Source: a bacterium
GTDB lineage: Bacteria; Cyanobacteriota; Vampirovibrionia; LMEP-6097
Length of the DNA: 64,000 nt
Reading direction: 5' to 3'
NCBI GenBank assembly: GCA_038146805.1
Contig: JAYQSH010000005.1
Location: forward strand, 397,636 to 461,635
Program-made: the position numbers and the translations under genes
Part shown: piece by piece, positions 37,328-47,176 of the stretch
Position numbering within the stretch: position 1 is the first letter of the stretch
Layout: every line of letters begins with the position of its first letter
Notes under the pieces: model-generated
Databases searched by the model: none
What the model was told of the DNA's origin: nothing
Seen by the model: only the letters and a program-made list of their open reading frames with translations

Positions 37328-37987
37328 TTAACAAGCTTGCCAAGTTTTTTTCGGCCCGATATTAGGACCAAGCTGAATATTTGATTCTTCAGCAGATTCT
37401 AGTAAATCTTTTAAACGACGAAAATCAGGACTTTGAGCACTGCTTAGATGATAATTACCTATACTTTGCCAAGGGCTTAAACTTGGTTCATCGTGAGTAG
37501 CAAAAGAATTTTCAAAACTTAACTCTCTATCTAGAAAAAATCGAGCAACATCAAGTTCAGCAGGATTTAAGTAATGCAAAGCATTTCTATTATTTCGATC
37601 TGTACAATGCAGATCGATTCCTTTTTTCTCTAAACTTTTTAGCATTTTGAGCTTTAAATTTTGGCTAATTTGACTTTTACGTAAGAGTTCTAGAATTAAA
37701 GGACGCTCAGAATGAGAATTATTACGATAAGAAAATAGATATTTAAATTCTCTTTGTTTTTGCGCAGATGCTTGATCCCAGATTGCTTCAAAGCGCCCAA
37801 TCAATGGACTAAATTCTTCATCTCGACTAGAAGTCAAAAATGCTTGCATAAAATCATCAAAGCTTTGCTCGGCTTCAGGACTAATTTGAACCTTTCTAGG
37901 ATTGATAATATCGTTCGTCAAGTGTTCAATTTCAGCTTGATTTAAACCACACATTTTTAGAACTTTTTTAAACATTGTTGAAAACAA
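37328..37987 (-). CDS. hypothetical protein (possible single ankyrin-like repeat)
   Basis: 219-aa ORF. The segment DRNNRNALHYLNPAELDVARFFL weakly resembles an ANK repeat. Confidence 0.45.
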   Translation of the reverse strand: MFSTMFKKVLKMCGLNQAEIEHLTNDIINPRKVQISPEAEQSFDDFMQAFLTSSRDEEFSPLIGRFEAIWDQASAQKQREFKYLFSYRNNSHSERPLILELLRKSQISQNLKLKMLKSLEKKGIDLHCTDRNNRNALHYLNPAELDVARFFLDRELSFENSFATHDEPSLSPWQSIGNYHLSSAQSPDFRRLKDLLESAEESNIQLGPNIGPKKTWQAC

Positions 37988-38027
37988 AGCAAGGTTTTCA
38001 TTATCTTGACTTGCGCATATTGATGGA

Positions 38028-39069
38028 TTCCAATATCAATTGCAACTCTGCTTGATTTGAGCCTGAAATACCTCTAAAGGTGTTTTCCATTTTAGCCTTT
38101 TTCTGGGTCTAGTGTTTAAAAGATGAATATAGTGCTGTAGATCTTCCTCTGAAAGGGTATTTAGATCAGTGCCTTTTGGAATGAATTGCCTTAAAAGTCC
38201 TATGAGATTCTCAATACTTCCTTTTTGCCAAGGGCTGTATGGTTTAGCAAAATACACCGTCATTTTTGTCTTTTCTTCAATTTCTTTATGCTTTGCAAAC
38301 TCTGTTCCGTTATCGTAAGTAACTGAAATCCTAAGTTCTTCTGGTATCTCTTTAAAATATTCTTCAGTAGCTTTTAAAACTGATTCAGCTTTTTTGTTTG
38401 GTAACTTTTTAGCTAAGACAAGACCACTTTTTCTTTCTAGATTAAGAACAATACATTCTTTTTTACCATGAGCACCTATGATAGTGTCGCCTTCCCAGTG
38501 ACCAAATTCAAGCCTCTCATTGGCTTCTATCGGTCTTTCATCAATTGATCTTTTATCAACAATGAATTCTGGGGTGGTCCTTTTCTTACGATATTTTTTA
38601 CCTTTTCTTCTCAAGTAAATTTTTATTAAATCAGGTCTTTTGGTTTGTAGCCATGTATATATGGTTTGATGAGATAAAGCTTCGTTGCACTCTTCAGTCC
38701 ATATCCCAGCAATTTGCTCTGGAGAATGGTAAGAAGTAATTTTTTCAATAACGAAGTTTTCAAGTAAGCTTTCATCAATAATTCTAGGATGATGGTTTGC
38801 AGTTCTTTTTCTTTCATGCATTAACTGCCAAGCTTCTTCAGCAACAAAATCACCATCAACAGAGTTATTGTTTACGCATCTGTAGACAACTGATTTATTT
38901 CTTCCTATGACAACAGCTATTTCTGCTGGATTAAGACCTTGATTTAGCAATGTCTCAATTCTAACTACTTCTTCCCAGGTCAAGTGACCCTTATATTTAA
39001 ATGACATATCAGCCTCCTGTATTTACTACATTTCGGCTAAATCCTTAAAAGTTGCATTTCGGTTTGGAA
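38028..39069 (-). mobile_element. intact IS30-family insertion sequence
   Basis: Imperfect ~40-bp terminal inverted repeats: TTCCAATATCAATTGCAACTCTGCTTGATTTGAGCC at the left, reverse complement of TTCCAAACCGAAATGCAACTTTTAAGGATTTAGCC at the right. Single transposase ORF. Exact ends +/- a few bp. Confidence 0.85.
38036..39007 (-). CDS. IS30-family transposase
   Basis: 323 aa. N-terminal HTH (LTWEEVVRIETLLNQGLNPAEIA). DDE core (HWEGDT ... YDNGTEF ... YSPWQKGSIEN). Confidence 0.9.
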   Translation of the reverse strand: MSFKYKGHLTWEEVVRIETLLNQGLNPAEIAVVIGRNKSVVYRCVNNNSVDGDFVAEEAWQLMHERKRTANHHPRIIDESLLENFVIEKITSYHSPEQIAGIWTEECNEALSHQTIYTWLQTKRPDLIKIYLRRKGKKYRKKRTTPEFIVDKRSIDERPIEANERLEFGHWEGDTIIGAHGKKECIVLNLERKSGLVLAKKLPNKKAESVLKATEEYFKEIPEELRISVTYDNGTEFAKHKEIEEKTKMTVYFAKPYSPWQKGSIENLIGLLRQFIPKGTDLNTLSEEDLQHYIHLLNTRPRKRLKWKTPLEVFQAQIKQSCN

Positions 39070-39678
39070 TTGTTCTATTTCTTGTTCTGTAAATTTAAGC
39101 AGAGGTGCTTTAATTGCTTGAATTAAAGGTTTCAAAGTTAGTTTTAACCTATTTAATAAATCATTTGCAATCTTATTAATTTTCTCTATTTTCTGACGAT
39201 CAGAAAGATTCTGTGCATCATTGTTTTTTTTCATAGAAGTAAATTTTCTTTTGCTAACTTTGGCGACAGTATTTAACCAAGAAAATAATTTTGCATAATC
39301 CAAAAGCTCTGGAAGGTCTTGAGATTGAAAATCTATTTGCTTACTATTCGCAGATCTTTTGCTTTCATAAAAATATGCAAAAAAATGATCTGCATAAGCT
39401 TGCAAAGAATTTTTAAATTGCATGTATAAATCCTGATCTTCAATAGTTGCAAATCTATAACAGTTATTTAAAAGATTAAAAACAGTATCAGGACTTTTGT
39501 TTAATAGCTGAACTGTTACAGAAACATTTGTGAACACAGCTTCAGGATCTTTAAGTGGAATATCGTGTTCTCTATACTCTCTTTGAATAGACACTAAAAC
39601 TTGATCCAAGTCTCTATGTTGTTCCTGAAATACTTTAAGAGTTTCTTCTCTTGGTAATATAGCTTGTATTGAAGTCAT
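39037..39678 (-). CDS. hypothetical protein
   Basis: 213-aa ORF with no recognised domain. Confidence 0.45.
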   Translation of the reverse strand: MTSIQAILPREETLKVFQEQHRDLDQVLVSIQREYREHDIPLKDPEAVFTNVSVTVQLLNKSPDTVFNLLNNCYRFATIEDQDLYMQFKNSLQAYADHFFAYFYESKRSANSKQIDFQSQDLPELLDYAKLFSWLNTVAKVSKRKFTSMKKNNDAQNLSDRQKIEKINKIANDLLNRLKLTLKPLIQAIKAPLLKFTEQEIEQFQTEMQLLRI

Positions 39679-39702
39679 AATATCTTACAAAGTAAGAATA
39701 TT

Positions 39703-39860
39703 AACAAAAGTCTTTCAAGATAACAATAAGGCAATACAGGATATTGCTAAACTAATTCTTATGATTATTAGATCTTTTGTTTTAATCTTTTTATTTTTTT
39801 TACAAAGCAGTGCATACGCTGTTGAAAAAAGAGAAATTGATAGCATTTTTAAAGCTAAAT
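39703..39860. repeat. left copy of 158-bp direct repeat (DR2) bracketing accessory segment 2
   Basis: 157/158 identical to 42544-42701. Comprises the upstream region and first 33 codons of the peroxidase gene. Confidence 0.92.
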
Positions 39861-39895
39861 CTGTTGCAACATCATTTCAGAAACTGTATTTCTAA
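39761..39895 (+). pseudogene. truncated 5' duplicate of the cytochrome c peroxidase gene
   Basis: MIIRSFVLIFLFFLQSSAYAVEKREIDSIFKAK is identical to the start of ORF 42602, then diverges to a stop after 44 codons. Confidence 0.85.
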
Positions 39896-41003
39896 AATGA
39901 ATACTTGCTTTTAAAAGAGTATCCAAAGTTATTTGGTCTTTAAATTGATTAAGAACATCAGTTTGATCAGCAGGATTTAATTTTTCAAATAACTGAGAAG
40001 ACAGTAAATCACTTAGACCCTGATTTTGTTTTACATTCGAGTTAAGCAAATCTTTTAAGAGAGTCAATTTATACTGATCCGGCAAATTTTGATAATCTTC
40101 TTGTTCAAAGAGAAATTGAGCAATTTCAGAAATAGGTGTCCCGCTGTTCCGCTTTTTGCTAAACTGTTGTTTAAGAGAAGAAAGCTTTTCATTTGGTTGT
40201 CTTTCCAATGTGATACCAGGATAGTTCCTTTCAAGCACAGTTCTTATTTGACGTCTTTCTTCAATAGAAAAATTCAAATGAGGAACTGTTGAAACAAAAA
40301 ATTCTACTCTTCGCTGTAATTGTTCGGGAGAAAGTTTTTCACTAGATCCTTTTTTAAGCGTAGCCATTAGGGCTTTAAAAAATGTTTTAGTGTTTGAGAT
40401 TTTTCTTGGCACATTCATAGGTTCAGGTATTTCTTCGTCCCTGATACCATGTATTTTGCACCATTCATCACATAATTTTTGTATTTTCTGCTCCCATCCC
40501 GATTGCCTTGCAAGTTTAAGTTGTTCCTCAATTTCTCTCACTCTTCTTAAACGAGCATTCTTTTGAGCAACTTGAGCATTATGGGCTACAGCTTGATCAA
40601 TCCTTTGTTTATTATCCTTTTGTTTTTGAGTAGTTACAGCATCAGAAACAACTGACAAAGAGCGCCCAGTTTCTCTTTTAAAATCATCTTCTTCCATTCT
40701 AGAGAGAGTTCTTAAAACTTTCGGATTAGCTGGATCCCATTTTTTAGCTTGCATATGCTTTAATATTGCTTCTATTGCTCGCGATGCTTTCAATCTTATA
40801 GCCATATTTAGTGCATGAAATAAATAATCTTTCTTTAATTGATGCTCATTTAAGAAAGTTGAAATAGAATCGGCTTCGATTGTTGAATTTGGATTAGAAT
40901 CACCAGCAACAAGTTGCTTTAGTTGTGAAGCCGGATCTCCTAAAAGTTCAGTGAAGGGTCTTCTAAGAAATGTTTCAGGAGGTATTATTGAAGTGCTACT
41001 CAT
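39855..41003 (-). CDS. hypothetical protein (island cargo)
   Basis: 382-aa ORF with no recognised domain. Its stop codon lies at the inner edge of DR2-left. Confidence 0.5.
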   Translation of the reverse strand: MSSTSIIPPETFLRRPFTELLGDPASQLKQLVAGDSNPNSTIEADSISTFLNEHQLKKDYLFHALNMAIRLKASRAIEAILKHMQAKKWDPANPKVLRTLSRMEEDDFKRETGRSLSVVSDAVTTQKQKDNKQRIDQAVAHNAQVAQKNARLRRVREIEEQLKLARQSGWEQKIQKLCDEWCKIHGIRDEEIPEPMNVPRKISNTKTFFKALMATLKKGSSEKLSPEQLQRRVEFFVSTVPHLNFSIEERRQIRTVLERNYPGITLERQPNEKLSSLKQQFSKKRNSGTPISEIAQFLFEQEDYQNLPDQYKLTLLKDLLNSNVKQNQGLSDLLSSQLFEKLNPADQTDVLNQFKDQITLDTLLKASIHFRNTVSEMMLQQI

Positions 41004-41084
41004 ACTAGATAAGAATAGCAGGCTGTTATCTATTTTTCAAATTCTTTTGGTAACTACTCAGGTCTAAAAAGCTAGTTTGAGCAC

Positions 41085-41205
41085 GTTTATTAAAGATTTA
41101 CAAGCATAAAGTATTGAAATCCCTTGTTTTTTGGCAGTATAAATAGTAGAAAGTATTGTGGCGTGACGTTTAGCGGTGTTTGGATTTCTAAAACAGCCTG
41201 AGATT
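41085..41205 (-). pseudogene. possible transposase C-terminal remnant (IS66-like tail)
   Basis: Reverse frame reads SGCFRNPNTAKRHATILSTIYTAKKQGISILYACKSLI. This is reminiscent of the RKNWLF....A..lYSLIETAK.NG tail of IS66-family transposases. Short, and matched from memory only. Confidence 0.3.
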
Positions 41206-41647
41206 TTCTAAAGCAAAACAAGAAAATGGCAAAAATTTAAATGGAATTCTAGATGGAGTCTTTAGTTTTGGTATAAAGAGAAATTGATTAGCATTCCTCC
41301 AGAAACCAACACAACTACTAAGTTTATGAACTTTAAGATTAGTTAAAGATAGAACTAGAGAAGGACTTCAAAAAATTTCAACAATAGGTTCTATTTAATA
41401 TACTAATCTAACAAATAGTACTTTCGCTTTATATTTCAAAGCGCAGGCTAAATTGTCAGATGGTGCAAAAGAAGATATATGCAGACTAATGAATCATTAT
41501 CGCTATGATCATTCCATATTTTTAGAAGAGCTTTTCTTGAAAAATTAGGGGTTAACATGGTGCTACGAAAGTATTTTCTAAAAAATTAAGCTAGAGTCTG
41601 GAAATTACCTATCAAATTGAATAAAACAAAGACCTTTTATCTTTAAT

Positions 41648-42454
41648 ATGACAAGAGTTGGTGAATCTAAATTCTCTCAAAAAGTTACTGTCGTTAGAAA
41701 GTCAGTAGACCCTGAACAGTGGTCTCATGTTGATATTAACTCTAAGCCTGGTAACTTTTTAATTAGAGCAGTAAATAGCCCTGAAGATTTTGAAAGAGAA
41801 TTTAATTCGGATACAGTCCCAAGACCTAAATCAAGAAATGGTATATGTGGTGGAGTGTCAACAATTCATGTTAATGGTAACAATCAAGAACCGTCTAATG
41901 ATGAAGCTTTATGCAATGCTTTAAGAGTATATGCAAGAAATGATAAAAAAATTGGTTACCTTCTTGATCGAGAAAGTCTTAAGAGTTCAGGAGTTAGAGT
42001 GGTGAATAACCCACACCGTTTTTATAGAGCCAAAGGTTTATATTCGAAGTCTACTAACGAATACTTTGATGAAGCAATCGTTTTAAATTCAATTCCAAAA
42101 GGTCATATTAAAGCACTCACAATTAGCGATGAGCATCTTGAAAATGAAGAAACAAAAATTGCTATTGGAAAATTAGCTAAAAAGTTTAATCTGCCTATCG
42201 TTTACATTGGTGCTCAGTATGATGTCTTAGAAGGTAAGCCAAAATTTGGAGATATTATTAAGATCTATGATTGTGGAGCAGTTAAATGTATCTCAAACCC
42301 TAATAAAGCAAAAAATACTAGACAAAATCATGAAAAGCAATCTGAGCTACTGATAAAGTATCAACCATTATTAAATACTAGAAGAATGCCACAAACAATA
42401 ATACCCAATAGTTCTTTGACTATGATTAAATTAAGAACTCAAATTAGTCCGTAA
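41648..42454 (+). CDS. hypothetical protein (island cargo)
   Basis: 268-aa ORF with no recognised domain. Confidence 0.5.
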   Translation: MTRVGESKFSQKVTVVRKSVDPEQWSHVDINSKPGNFLIRAVNSPEDFEREFNSDTVPRPKSRNGICGGVSTIHVNGNNQEPSNDEALCNALRVYARNDKKIGYLLDRESLKSSGVRVVNNPHRFYRAKGLYSKSTNEYFDEAIVLNSIPKGHIKALTISDEHLENEETKIAIGKLAKKFNLPIVYIGAQYDVLEGKPKFGDIIKIYDCGAVKCISNPNKAKNTRQNHEKQSELLIKYQPLLNTRRMPQTIIPNSSLTMIKLRTQISP

Positions 42455-42543
42455 GACTACAAAACAATATCTGCTTCCTTGTAAGTAAATATAGTGGGAA
42501 TAAAAGTGGTAAACAAAAGATTGAAAAATTTTTGGATCTAAGC

Positions 42544-42701
42544 AACAAAAGTCTTACAAGATAACAATAAGGCAATACAGGATATTGCTAAACTAATTCT
42601 TATGATTATTAGATCTTTTGTTTTAATCTTTTTATTTTTTTTACAAAGCAGTGCATACGCTGTTGAAAAAAGAGAAATTGATAGCATTTTTAAAGCTAAA
42701 T
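42544..42701. repeat. right copy of DR2
   Basis: See 39703-39860. Confidence 0.92.
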
Positions 42702-43903
42702 GCATGGATTGCCATAGTAATGAAACACATTTACCTTGGTATGCAGAGTTGCCCATAGCCAAGCAATTAATTACGGCTGATATTAATAAAGGTAGGTCAT
42801 ATTTTTTATTTAGCAGAGATTTTTTTCAATATGAAAACCACGAAGATATTCCAAAACATGTAATTAAAAGATTACAACATGAAATTGCACATGATTATAT
42901 GCCTCCATATATATATAGATTTGCGCACTTAGATAAAATTATTAGCCAAGAAGAAAAACAAAAAATTCTTGCCTTTTTGAACCAACAAGAAGAATCATTG
43001 TTAGAGCCTTTACCGCTCAAAAGTGAACTTAAGCTAGATAGCAAAAAAGTCGCTCTGGGCAAAAAACTTTACCACGACACTAGGCTTTCGCATGATAATT
43101 CTTTGTCATGTGCAAGTTGTCATGATTTAGCAAAAGGTGGAACTGATCAAGCTATTAGTTCAACTGGTATCAACGGACAGATAGGACCGATCAACTCACC
43201 TACAACTTATAACTCTGTTTACAACATCAGACAGTTTTGGGATGGCAGAGCACAAGACTTAGAAGAACAAGCACATGGACCAGTAAATAACCCCGGAGAA
43301 ATGGGGTCTGACTGGAAAGAAGTTATTGCAAAACTAAAAAAAGATTCTGAGTTAATGCAAGAATTCAAAGAAGTTTATGACACAAAAAAAATCACAGGCG
43401 ATATGATTGCAAATGCTATTGCCGAATTTGAAAAATCACTTATCACGGCAAACTCACGATTTGATGCTTACCTAAGAGGAGACAAAACTGTTCTTAGCCA
43501 AAGTGAACTTAAAGGTTACAAACTTTTTGAGAAACACAATTGTAGTAGTTGTCACTTTGGCAAAGCTATTGGTGGAAGAACTTTTAGAAAAATGGGTATC
43601 GCACATGATTACTTCAACGATCGTAAACAAGGCTTAAATGGCTTAAAAGCAAAAGCAATCACAGAGGTTGATGCAGGCTTATTCAATCAAACTCACAAAG
43701 AAGCTGATATAGGTGTATTTAAAGTTCCTATACTAAGAAATATCGAACTTAGTTTTCCATATCTGCATGATGGTAGCTTAAACACTTTAGAACAAACTGT
43801 AGAAGTAATGGCTTACTATCAAAATGGAACTAAAATCAAAAAACAAGAGCGAGATTTGATTGTAGCTTTCTTAAAAACATTAACTGATGAGGATTTGAAA
43901 TAA
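42602..43903 (+). CDS. di-haem cytochrome c peroxidase (CCP/MauG family) with extra N-terminal haem-binding module
   Basis: CASCH and CSSCH haem c motifs in a CCP-like context (..GRAQDLEEQA..P..NP.EMG..). An additional CMDCH...LPWY motif follows the signal peptide. Confidence 0.82.
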   Translation: MIIRSFVLIFLFFLQSSAYAVEKREIDSIFKAKCMDCHSNETHLPWYAELPIAKQLITADINKGRSYFLFSRDFFQYENHEDIPKHVIKRLQHEIAHDYMPPYIYRFAHLDKIISQEEKQKILAFLNQQEESLLEPLPLKSELKLDSKKVALGKKLYHDTRLSHDNSLSCASCHDLAKGGTDQAISSTGINGQIGPINSPTTYNSVYNIRQFWDGRAQDLEEQAHGPVNNPGEMGSDWKEVIAKLKKDSELMQEFKEVYDTKKITGDMIANAIAEFEKSLITANSRFDAYLRGDKTVLSQSELKGYKLFEKHNCSSCHFGKAIGGRTFRKMGIAHDYFNDRKQGLNGLKAKAITEVDAGLFNQTHKEADIGVFKVPILRNIELSFPYLHDGSLNTLEQTVEVMAYYQNGTKIKKQERDLIVAFLKTLTDEDLK

Positions 43904-44046
43904 TTAACTTTGTTGATTACTGCATTATTTTTATATATTTTGCTTTAATTTTAAGCAGTGGTTTTATTGTTAGAAAATTTTTCAAACAAAAAAGCGTTGA
44001 AACACAAGAAGATTATTTTTTAGCTGGTCGTAAACTTACAACTCCA

Positions 44047-45297
44047 ATGTTTGTAGCGACACTAGTAACAACTTGGTATGGCAACTTACTTGGTGTTACA
44101 GAAATGGCTTACAAAGAGGGTTTGGTGCAATGGCTGACCCAAGGTATTTTTTGGTATGCCGCTTATGTGTTTTTTGCTTTTTTTATTGCAAAAAAAATTC
44201 GCAAATCTAAATTATTTACTTTGCCAGATCAACTTGAAAAATTTTACGACCGTAAAACAGCTATTTTGGGAGCATTGATAAATTTAATTATGCTCAGCCC
44301 TGCAGCATATATTTTATCTATGGGCTTAATTTTTGAAATTATTTTTCAAATACCCTTAAGCCAAGGCTTAATAATTGGCAGTATTATAACTTTTATTTAT
44401 ACCTTTAGAGGTGGTTTTAAAGCTGTTGTAGTAACTGATATGCTGCAATTCTTTTTTATGTTTTTAGGCTTAGCTTTAATTATTCCTTTTGCCATTAACA
44501 AATTTAGTCTCACACAACTCTTAGCAAATATCCCAAACTCTCATCTAAGCCTGACTGGGTCTTACTCATGGCAAATTGTGCTTGCTTGGCTAGTGATTGC
44601 TTCATGGACACTAATAGACAGTAACTTCTATCAAAGATGTTATAGTGCTCGGGATTATAAAACAGCTCAACGAGGAATTTTAATAGCAACAGCTTTTTGG
44701 TTTGTTTTTGATTTTATGGTCTGCCTAGTTGGCTTATTTGCTTTTTCAGCAATGCCAAATTTAGAACCTGCTACGGCTTTAGTCGGATTTGCTAATTCCG
44801 TATTACCGCCAATTGCCAAAGGTGTTTTTTTTACTGGATTACTTGCAACAGTAATGTCAACTTTAGATTCTTTAAGTTTTTCAAGTGCCATGTGCTTTAC
44901 AAAAGATATTTACCAAAGAATCTTTAAAGTTACAGATACAACAAAAGTTATTTTTGTAAATAAAATTACTATTACCGTTGTGGTTTTATTGGGGATTATA
45001 GTTGCAATTAATTTTCAATCATTAATAAAACTCATGTACTATAAAGCTTCCATTGGCATTAGCGGTTTACTTTTACCACTTTTATGTGGGTTTTTTTTAA
45101 AGAAAAAACTCAATGCCAATAGTGCTTTTTTTAGCATAATTGCAGGATCAAGCGCCTGTATCATCTGGCTCATACTACAAAAGCTCTATATTATTAGTAT
45201 TAATTTTGAAGCAATCTTTGTAGGCTTACTTGCTTCAAGCATAACAATGTTCGCAATTGAATTTCAACAAAGGCGGGATTATAATAAAAATAGATGA
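44047..45297 (+). CDS. sodium:solute symporter family transporter
   Basis: Polytopic membrane ORF. Homology-like sequence, including the EDYFLAGR motif, continues in frame upstream to ~43897. No canonical start codon is present there, so the true start is unresolved. Confidence 0.7.
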   Translation: MFVATLVTTWYGNLLGVTEMAYKEGLVQWLTQGIFWYAAYVFFAFFIAKKIRKSKLFTLPDQLEKFYDRKTAILGALINLIMLSPAAYILSMGLIFEIIFQIPLSQGLIIGSIITFIYTFRGGFKAVVVTDMLQFFFMFLGLALIIPFAINKFSLTQLLANIPNSHLSLTGSYSWQIVLAWLVIASWTLIDSNFYQRCYSARDYKTAQRGILIATAFWFVFDFMVCLVGLFAFSAMPNLEPATALVGFANSVLPPIAKGVFFTGLLATVMSTLDSLSFSSAMCFTKDIYQRIFKVTDTTKVIFVNKITITVVVLLGIIVAINFQSLIKLMYYKASIGISGLLLPLLCGFFLKKKLNANSAFFSIIAGSSACIIWLILQKLYIISINFEAIFVGLLASSITMFAIEFQQRRDYNKNR

Positions 45298-47174
45298 ATT
45301 TCTTGAGGCTTTTATTTTTAACTTTTACAATAAGTTGGTTCTTAATACCAGACAAATGTTTTGCCACAAGATTTAAAACTTATCAAGGCTTAGTTGAAAT
45401 ACTTTTTATTGATTCACATGATAAACCACAAAAAATTTATAAATTAATTTTAGAAGATGGTTCAAAAATAATTTTAAAAACAAAAAAAGATCCTAATTTT
45501 GCTCCTCTTGAAGCAGTAACAATTCAAGGTGCAATTAAAAACAACAAACTATACGCAAAAGAAATTATACGCAAAAAAGATAGATCTTTAATGAATTCAA
45601 ATTCCTATCGCAGTGGTAATAGAAAGCTATTAGTTGTACAGATTACAGACGCTGGATTTTCAGAAAGTTTTATTCCATATACAAGTAGCGAGATTAATGA
45701 CTTTTATTTTAGTGACTCAATATCAGTCAAAGACTATATTGCAGAAAATTCTGATACTCGGTTAAATATTACTGGACTTACTATAGACACACTCGCTGTA
45801 CCAAATCTATGTCAAAATGATCAACTTTTTGATAGGTCAATTGAAACTACTGTACTTGCCACCGTAGACACTCTTATAGATGACTTAGATAGCTATAGCT
45901 ATGCACATATCATAGTTCCAGACAAAGATGAATGTTTAGCAAATGCTGCAGGCATTGGTACAGTAGGAAATACCATATATAGTTCTGCAAAACATGGAAA
46001 TATTTTTCTTGGCGTGAGCTTTATTAGAGCTTACAATCAAAGTAGCTATGAATATACTTTCTTAAGCACAATATTACATGAGTTAGGACATAATATTGGC
46101 TTAGGACATGCAAATGCTAATTCTTGTGGTGTAGATGTCTTTCAAAGCAAAGCTTGCACCGGAATTGAATACGGTGATGGTCATAGTATTATGGGAACAG
46201 CACCTACGCTTGCTCATTTTAATGGCATACAAAAACAAGACCTCGGCTGGTTAAACAGCAATCAGATTTTAACAGTGGATTCTGATACAAGCCTAGAAAA
46301 TATCAGCTTAATTCCAATGGCAAGTAGCGCGGCTGGCTATAAAATGATTCGCATCAAAAGAAATGATGGACTATATTACAGCATAGAATATAGACAAGCA
46401 CATGGTTATGATGATGTATTAGAAAGAAGTTTTTTAAACAAAAACTTTTCTGGGTTTTTAGTTTATGTAGATGAAGAAAATATTGGTAATAGACCAGTGC
46501 TTATTGATAGCGAGTTTGAAGACTTTAGAGCAAGCTCAGAATATATCTCTGGGTCTTATTCATATTATTCAAACTACGATATGACAAGCTCAATGAATGA
46601 AAGAGCTTTATTTGCTGTTGGGGAAGATTTTGATGATAATGTAAACAAAATATTAGTACAAACAACAGAACTTACGACTGATGCCGCAACTATTAATATC
46701 AAAAAAGGTGATTGCTTTTATAGTGACAACTCAGAGGGTGATGAAAACGATAATTCAGACGAGGAAGATTTTACAAGCAATTTTTTAGATTTCAAAGATT
46801 TAGCTTCAGAAATCTATCTTAAATACAAAAGACCCAGCAAAATTCTTTTGGATATTTCAGCAAATTTGCAAGAAGCTCAAAATGGTATGAAATTTAAAAT
46901 CACGAAATCAGCAAATTTTAAAAATGTTACCAAGATAAAGAAAAACTCTTTTCATTATCAGCGAGATGGCAGAGTAAAAATTTTAGTGGCACCAGAACGA
47001 AAACTTATTAAACAAGGTTATGTTGCTGACGAAAATGGAGAATACACACTAGAAGTTTTGATAAAACAAAAATCAAAAAGACCTAGTTTTACTCCGAGAG
47101 TTTTGGAATTTAAAGTCAAATCTAAAGACTCGAGATACTTATTACTGGTTTGGAAGCACGCCCATAATTTATAA
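45294..47174 (+). CDS. secreted zinc metalloprotease (HEXXHXXGXXH metzincin-type motif)
   Basis: Signal peptide (LLFLTFTISWFLIPDKCFA). HELGHNIGLGHAN motif. The last ~19 codons (KSKDSRYLLLVWKHAHNL) are MITE-derived. Confidence 0.72.
   Translation: MNFLRLLFLTFTISWFLIPDKCFATRFKTYQGLVEILFIDSHDKPQKIYKLILEDGSKIILKTKKDPNFAPLEAVTIQGAIKNNKLYAKEIIRKKDRSLMNSNSYRSGNRKLLVVQITDAGFSESFIPYTSSEINDFYFSDSISVKDYIAENSDTRLNITGLTIDTLAVPNLCQNDQLFDRSIETTVLATVDTLIDDLDSYSYAHIIVPDKDECLANAAGIGTVGNTIYSSAKHGNIFLGVSFIRAYNQSSYEYTFLSTILHELGHNIGLGHANANSCGVDVFQSKACTGIEYGDGHSIMGTAPTLAHFNGIQKQDLGWLNSNQILTVDSDTSLENISLIPMASSAAGYKMIRIKRNDGLYYSIEYRQAHGYDDVLERSFLNKNFSGFLVYVDEENIGNRPVLIDSEFEDFRASSEYISGSYSYYSNYDMTSSMNERALFAVGEDFDDNVNKILVQTTELTTDAATINIKKGDCFYSDNSEGDENDNSDEEDFTSNFLDFKDLASEIYLKYKRPSKILLDISANLQEAQNGMKFKITKSANFKNVTKIKKNSFHYQRDGRVKILVAPERKLIKQGYVADENGEYTLEVLIKQKSKRPSFTPRVLEFKVKSKDSRYLLLVWKHAHNL
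47117..47163 (+). repeat. MITE-like element, copy 4 (right half only)
   Basis: CAAATCTAAAGACTCGAGATACTTATTACTGGTTTGGAAGCACGCCC. Confidence 0.8.
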
Positions 47175-47176
47175 AG

